Under the pieces are notes generated by a model. The model saw only the letters and a program-made list of their open reading frames with translations. It was not told the origin of the DNA and made no database searches. Of a stretch of 64,000 bases of DNA, positions 60,238 to 64,000 are shown piece by piece (position 1 is the first letter of the stretch; each line of letters begins with the position of its first letter). The stretch spans positions 608,001 to 672,000 of the forward strand of contig CAWETW010000001.1 in the NCBI GenBank assembly GCA_963812155.1, given 5' to 3'. Source of the stretch: Vulcanimicrobiota bacterium. GTDB taxonomy: Bacteria > Vulcanimicrobiota > Vulcanimicrobiia > Vulcanimicrobiales > Vulcanimicrobiaceae. A program made the translations under genes and the position numbers.

Positions 60238-62220
60238 TTGCTTTGCGCAACCGGCGCCGCCGCCCCGGCGATCGTCAAATCCGACGATTACCGTTTGCTC
60301 GTCAAGTTGTCGTCGCCGGCGCTTGCGCCCGACGGCACGCGGGCGGCGCTCGTCGTTTCGCACACCGTCTGGGACGATAATCGCAGGACCGACGATTTAG
60401 TTCTCGTCGACTTGCGGACGAAAACCCAGCAAACGATCGTCAACGGCGGCAAAGATGTGTCGACTCCGGTGTTTTCGCCCGATGGTTCCAAGCTTGCCTA
60501 TCTCGCGCCCGACGGAACCGGCGACGACGCCCATGCGCAAATCTACGTGAGCGCGCTCGACGGAAGTGCGCCCCGCGCCATTACCGCATTGAAAACCGAC
60601 GTGGACGTGTTCGCGTGGCGCCCCGACGGTCAAGGCGTCGCCTACGCAGCGACCGATCCCGATCCCGTCCGCAGCGGCGCCGATCGTTTCCGCAATAGTT
60701 TCGTCTTCACGACCGAACCGATCGTCGCGCACTCCGAGCCAAAGCCGGATCACTTGTTCGTCGCGGATCTTACCGGCGGCGTTCCCGTACAATTGACGTC
60801 CGGCACGCAAAGCGTCGCCGGCGACTCGACGATTTCGTGGTCGCCCGACGGCAAAGCGATCGCCGTGACGGTCTCCCGTAACGGCGTGCTCAACGATCAA
60901 AGTTATTCGCGCATCGCGCTGGTGGACGTGGCGACCAAGGACGTGCGCTACCTCACCGGCCGGACCATGTGGGAAGGCGGTCCCCTGTTTTCGCCCGACG
61001 GCTCGCACATCGCCTACGCCGTGTCGAACGCGGATCCGCAGGTCAGTCTCTCGCAGCTCTTCGTTACCACGCCTTCCGGCGGTAAGGGTTACGCCGTCGG
61101 CACGTCGCTAGATCGCAACGTTTCCGGCGCGGCCTGGGCGAGTGATTCGCAAAGCCTCGTCGGCGTCTTCGAAGACCGCACGACGAACGCGCTGTATCGC
61201 ATTCCGTTGCACGGCACGCCGCAGCGCCTCGACACGGCCGACGTGACGCCCGGCATTCCGGGCACGACGACCGGCTCCGCCGATCCGCCCAATCTTCCCG
61301 GCGCGATCGCCAGCGACGGCTCGATCGCGTTCATCGCGACGTCCACCGCGCAGCCGCCCGAACTCTACGTGCGCGCGGCCGCCGGAAGCGTCGCGAAAAT
61401 CACCGACTTCAACGCCGCGCTCGCCGCGTTTTCATGGGGAGCCGCGCAGCGCGTGACGTTCCCAACCAGTACCGGCGTCACCGCCGACGGCGTGCTCTAC
61501 GAGCCGCCGGGTTTCTCGCCGGGCCGGCGTTATCCACTCATCGTGTACGTGCACGGCGGTCCGGACGATCCTTCGATGATCGAGTTCGACTTTTGGGCGC
61601 AAGTGATGGCGGCGCGCGGCTGGCTCGTGCTGCGGCCGAACTATCGCGGCAGCCCGAACCTCGGAATACGCTACCAGCGCGCGATCCTGTACGATCCGGA
61701 AGACGGTCCGGGAAAAGACATCATGGCGGCGGTTGCCGCTATCGAGTCGCGCGGCATCGTCGATCGCGGACGCATTGCGGTGTGCGGCTGGTCGTACGGC
61801 GGTATCATGACGGCGTGGTTGATTTCGAAGTATCACATTTGGAAGGCGGCGGTCTCCGGTGCGTCGGTCAACGATTGGATCACCGACTACGGCACGGCCG
61901 ACGATAGTCTCGCCGATGCCGACCTCTTCCACGGATCGCCGTTCGTCGCGAAGAACGCGGCAGAGTGGCGACGCGCATCGGCGATCGAGTACGTGCGCGA
62001 CGTCACGACGCCCGTGCTCATTCTTTCCGACGTCGGCGACAATCGCGACCCCTTCGCGACCTCGTCCATGTACTGGCGCGCGCTGCGCGACAACGGCAAG
62101 GATGCAACGCTGCGCGTGTGGCCGGTCGCCGGACATTTCCCCAGTGACCCGGTGCGAACCGTCGACATCTATCACTATTGGATTGACTATATCGCAACGC
62201 ATTTTGGCGAAACGCCGTGA
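60238..62220 (+). CDS. S9 family peptidase (beta-propeller + prolyl oligopeptidase domain); start uncertain
   Basis: SPDG repeats, VHGGP, PNYRGS, GWSYGG, catalytic D and GH. Confidence 0.9.
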   Translation: MLCATGAAAPAIVKSDDYRLLVKLSSPALAPDGTRAALVVSHTVWDDNRRTDDLVLVDLRTKTQQTIVNGGKDVSTPVFSPDGSKLAYLAPDGTGDDAHAQIYVSALDGSAPRAITALKTDVDVFAWRPDGQGVAYAATDPDPVRSGADRFRNSFVFTTEPIVAHSEPKPDHLFVADLTGGVPVQLTSGTQSVAGDSTISWSPDGKAIAVTVSRNGVLNDQSYSRIALVDVATKDVRYLTGRTMWEGGPLFSPDGSHIAYAVSNADPQVSLSQLFVTTPSGGKGYAVGTSLDRNVSGAAWASDSQSLVGVFEDRTTNALYRIPLHGTPQRLDTADVTPGIPGTTTGSADPPNLPGAIASDGSIAFIATSTAQPPELYVRAAAGSVAKITDFNAALAAFSWGAAQRVTFPTSTGVTADGVLYEPPGFSPGRRYPLIVYVHGGPDDPSMIEFDFWAQVMAARGWLVLRPNYRGSPNLGIRYQRAILYDPEDGPGKDIMAAVAAIESRGIVDRGRIAVCGWSYGGIMTAWLISKYHIWKAAVSGASVNDWITDYGTADDSLADADLFHGSPFVAKNAAEWRRASAIEYVRDVTTPVLILSDVGDNRDPFATSSMYWRALRDNGKDATLRVWPVAGHFPSDPVRTVDIYHYWIDYIATHFGETP

Positions 62221-63770
62221 CGGACGACAGCGGGGTTTACGATGCGGTGGAAGGGATGTCGCACGAACTAGGGGAGCCGGGGTCATTTCCGTTCGCGCGC
62301 GGCATCTATCCGACGATGTATCGCGGACGGCTGTGGACGATGCGGCAGTACGCCGGGTTTGCGACGGCGGCAGAATCCAACGCGCGCTATCGCTACCTGC
62401 TCGAACGCGGTCAGACCGGCCTGTCGGTCGCGTTCGATCTGCCGACGCAACTCGGTTACGATTCCGATGCGCCGCAAGCGCTCGGTGAAGTTGGAAAAGC
62501 CGGGGTCGCGATCGATTCGATCGAAGACATGGAGACACTGCTCGACGGCATTCCGCTCGACCGCGTGAGCGTCTCGATGACGATCAACGCGCCGGCGTCG
62601 ATCCTTCTGGCCCTCTATCTTGCGGTCGCACGGCGGCGCGGCATTGCGTTCGACAAAATCGGCGGGACCGTGCAGAACGACATCCTCAAAGAATACGCCG
62701 CGCGCGGCACCTACATCTATCCGCCGCACCAGTCCATGCGTCTGGTGACCGACGTGATGGCGTACTGCGCGCGCGAAGTGCCGCTGTGGAATGCGATCTC
62801 GATCTCGGGGTACCACATCCGCGAAGCCGGCTCGACGGCGCTCGAAGAGATCGCCTTTACGCTCTCCAACGGCAAAGCGTATTTGAGAGCCGCGCGGGAA
62901 GCCGGTCTCGACGTCGATGCGGTCGCGCCGCGCGTTTCCTTCTTCTGGAACGCGCACAACAATTTTTTCGAGGAGGTCGCAAAGTTTCGCGCCGCGCGCT
63001 ACCTGTGGGCCCACATCACGCGCGACGAGTTCGCCTGTCGCGATCCTCGCTCGCAAATGCTCCGCTTTCATACGCAAACGGGTGGCTCGACGCTCACCGC
63101 GCAGGAACCCGACAACAACGTCGTCCGCGTGACGCTGCAGGCGCTGGCCGCCGTGCTGGGCGGCACGCAGTCGCTGCACACCAACGGAAAAGACGAAGCG
63201 CTCGCCCTGCCGACCGCGCAAAGCGCGAAGCTGGCGCTGCGCACGCAACAGATCATCGCCTACGAATCGGGCGTCGCCGGCGTCGTCGATCCGCTTGCCG
63301 GCTCGTACTACGTCGAGTCGCTCACCAACGATCTCATCGAACGTGCGGACGCGCTCATTAAGGAAATCGACGCATTGGGAGGCAGCGTCGCGGTCGTCGA
63401 AAGCGGCTGGATGCAAGCGCGCATCGCCGAATCGGCGTACGCCGCCCAGCAGGCGGTCGAACGCGGCGACGCGGTCGTCGTCGGCGTCAACAAGTTCGCC
63501 GAGGACGCGAGCGACGACGCCATCGCGCTCCAGCGCGTGGACGACGCGACCGGTCGCGAGCAGGCCGAACGCGTGCGTGCCTTCCGCGCGGCGCGCGACC
63601 AGCACGCGGCTGACGGCGCACTGGAGGACGTGCGGCGCGCGGCCTCGGGCAAGGAGAATCTCGTGCCGTATTTCATCGAAGCGGTGGATGCCGGCGCAAC
63701 GCTCGGCGAGATTTGCGGCGTGCTTCGCGACGTCTTCGGCGTGTATCGCGCGCGCGAGGTGGTGGCGTAG
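62217..63770 (+). CDS. Methylmalonyl-CoA mutase, substrate-binding (large) subunit lacking the B12 domain
   Basis: [52 protein letters not shown]. Confidence 0.9.
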   Translation: MTDDSGVYDAVEGMSHELGEPGSFPFARGIYPTMYRGRLWTMRQYAGFATAAESNARYRYLLERGQTGLSVAFDLPTQLGYDSDAPQALGEVGKAGVAIDSIEDMETLLDGIPLDRVSVSMTINAPASILLALYLAVARRRGIAFDKIGGTVQNDILKEYAARGTYIYPPHQSMRLVTDVMAYCAREVPLWNAISISGYHIREAGSTALEEIAFTLSNGKAYLRAAREAGLDVDAVAPRVSFFWNAHNNFFEEVAKFRAARYLWAHITRDEFACRDPRSQMLRFHTQTGGSTLTAQEPDNNVVRVTLQALAAVLGGTQSLHTNGKDEALALPTAQSAKLALRTQQIIAYESGVAGVVDPLAGSYYVESLTNDLIERADALIKEIDALGGSVAVVESGWMQARIAESAYAAQQAVERGDAVVVGVNKFAEDASDDAIALQRVDDATGREQAERVRAFRAARDQHAADGALEDVRRAASGKENLVPYFIEAVDAGATLGEICGVLRDVFGVYRAREVVA

Positions 63771-63775
63771 CGCCG

Positions 63776-64000
63776 ATGCAGATCGATCACGTCGCCATCG
63801 TCGTCGAAGACCTCGACGCGGCCGTCCGGCTCTACGGAGAAACCCTGGGGTTCACGGAAATCTATCGCGAGATCATCGCCGACCAAGGGCGTCGAGGCGG
63901 TCGGCTTCGCGGCCGGCGACGCCGTCATCGAACTGCTGCGCCCGCTTCAGGCCGACTCGCCGATCGCGCGCTACCGCGGGAACGCCGAAAGCCGGCTGCA
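63776..64000 (+). CDS. mce: Methylmalonyl-CoA epimerase (VOC family); frameshift near 63888, truncated by window edge
   Basis: MQIDHVAIVVEDLDAA...Y..LG...DQG / VEAVGF..GDAVIELL.P...SPIARY; follows the mutase. Confidence 0.75.
   Translation, partial: MQIDHVAIVVEDLDAAVRLYGETLGFTEIYREIIADQGRRGGRLRGRRRRHRTAAPASGRLADRALPRERRKPAA

Overview
GC-rich bacterial chromosomal window. The gene repertoire (many lipobox lipoproteins, S53 peptidases, phosphoesterase, cyclase/HTH-ATPase-TPR proteins) suggests Eremiobacterota/Vulcanimicrobiota, which is an inference. Core genes include hutH, clpC, fabI, amtB, a SufT-like protein, and a propionyl-CoA to succinyl-CoA route (carboxyltransferase, biotin carboxylase-BCCP, epsilon-like subunit, methylmalonyl-CoA mutase and epimerase). 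There are many peptidases (M43, S53 x2, M3, M28, S9), a SigK/RskA-like ECF pair with a DipZ-like redoxin, a WYL regulator and a RES-Xre toxin-antitoxin pair. Several conserved genes are broken by single-base lesions, most likely assembly errors. Four non-coding signals stand out. (1) An accessory island (~15.36-25.08 kb) of cassette-type small genes and gene stubs, in which a degenerate ~40-50 bp site recurs four times just downstream of stop codons; it is integron-like in logic but not an attC. (2) A stand-alone ~205-nt structured RNA candidate (6S-like) with a strong promoter and terminator, preceded by a DnaA-box-like cluster and convergent with the WYL gene. (3) A multi-hairpin intergenic RNA candidate at ~11.0-11.27 kb. 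(4) A REP-like family with covarying hairpins that has entered coding sequences, including in-frame inside the biotin carboxylase. No rRNA, tRNA, CRISPR array, integrase or transposase was recognised.
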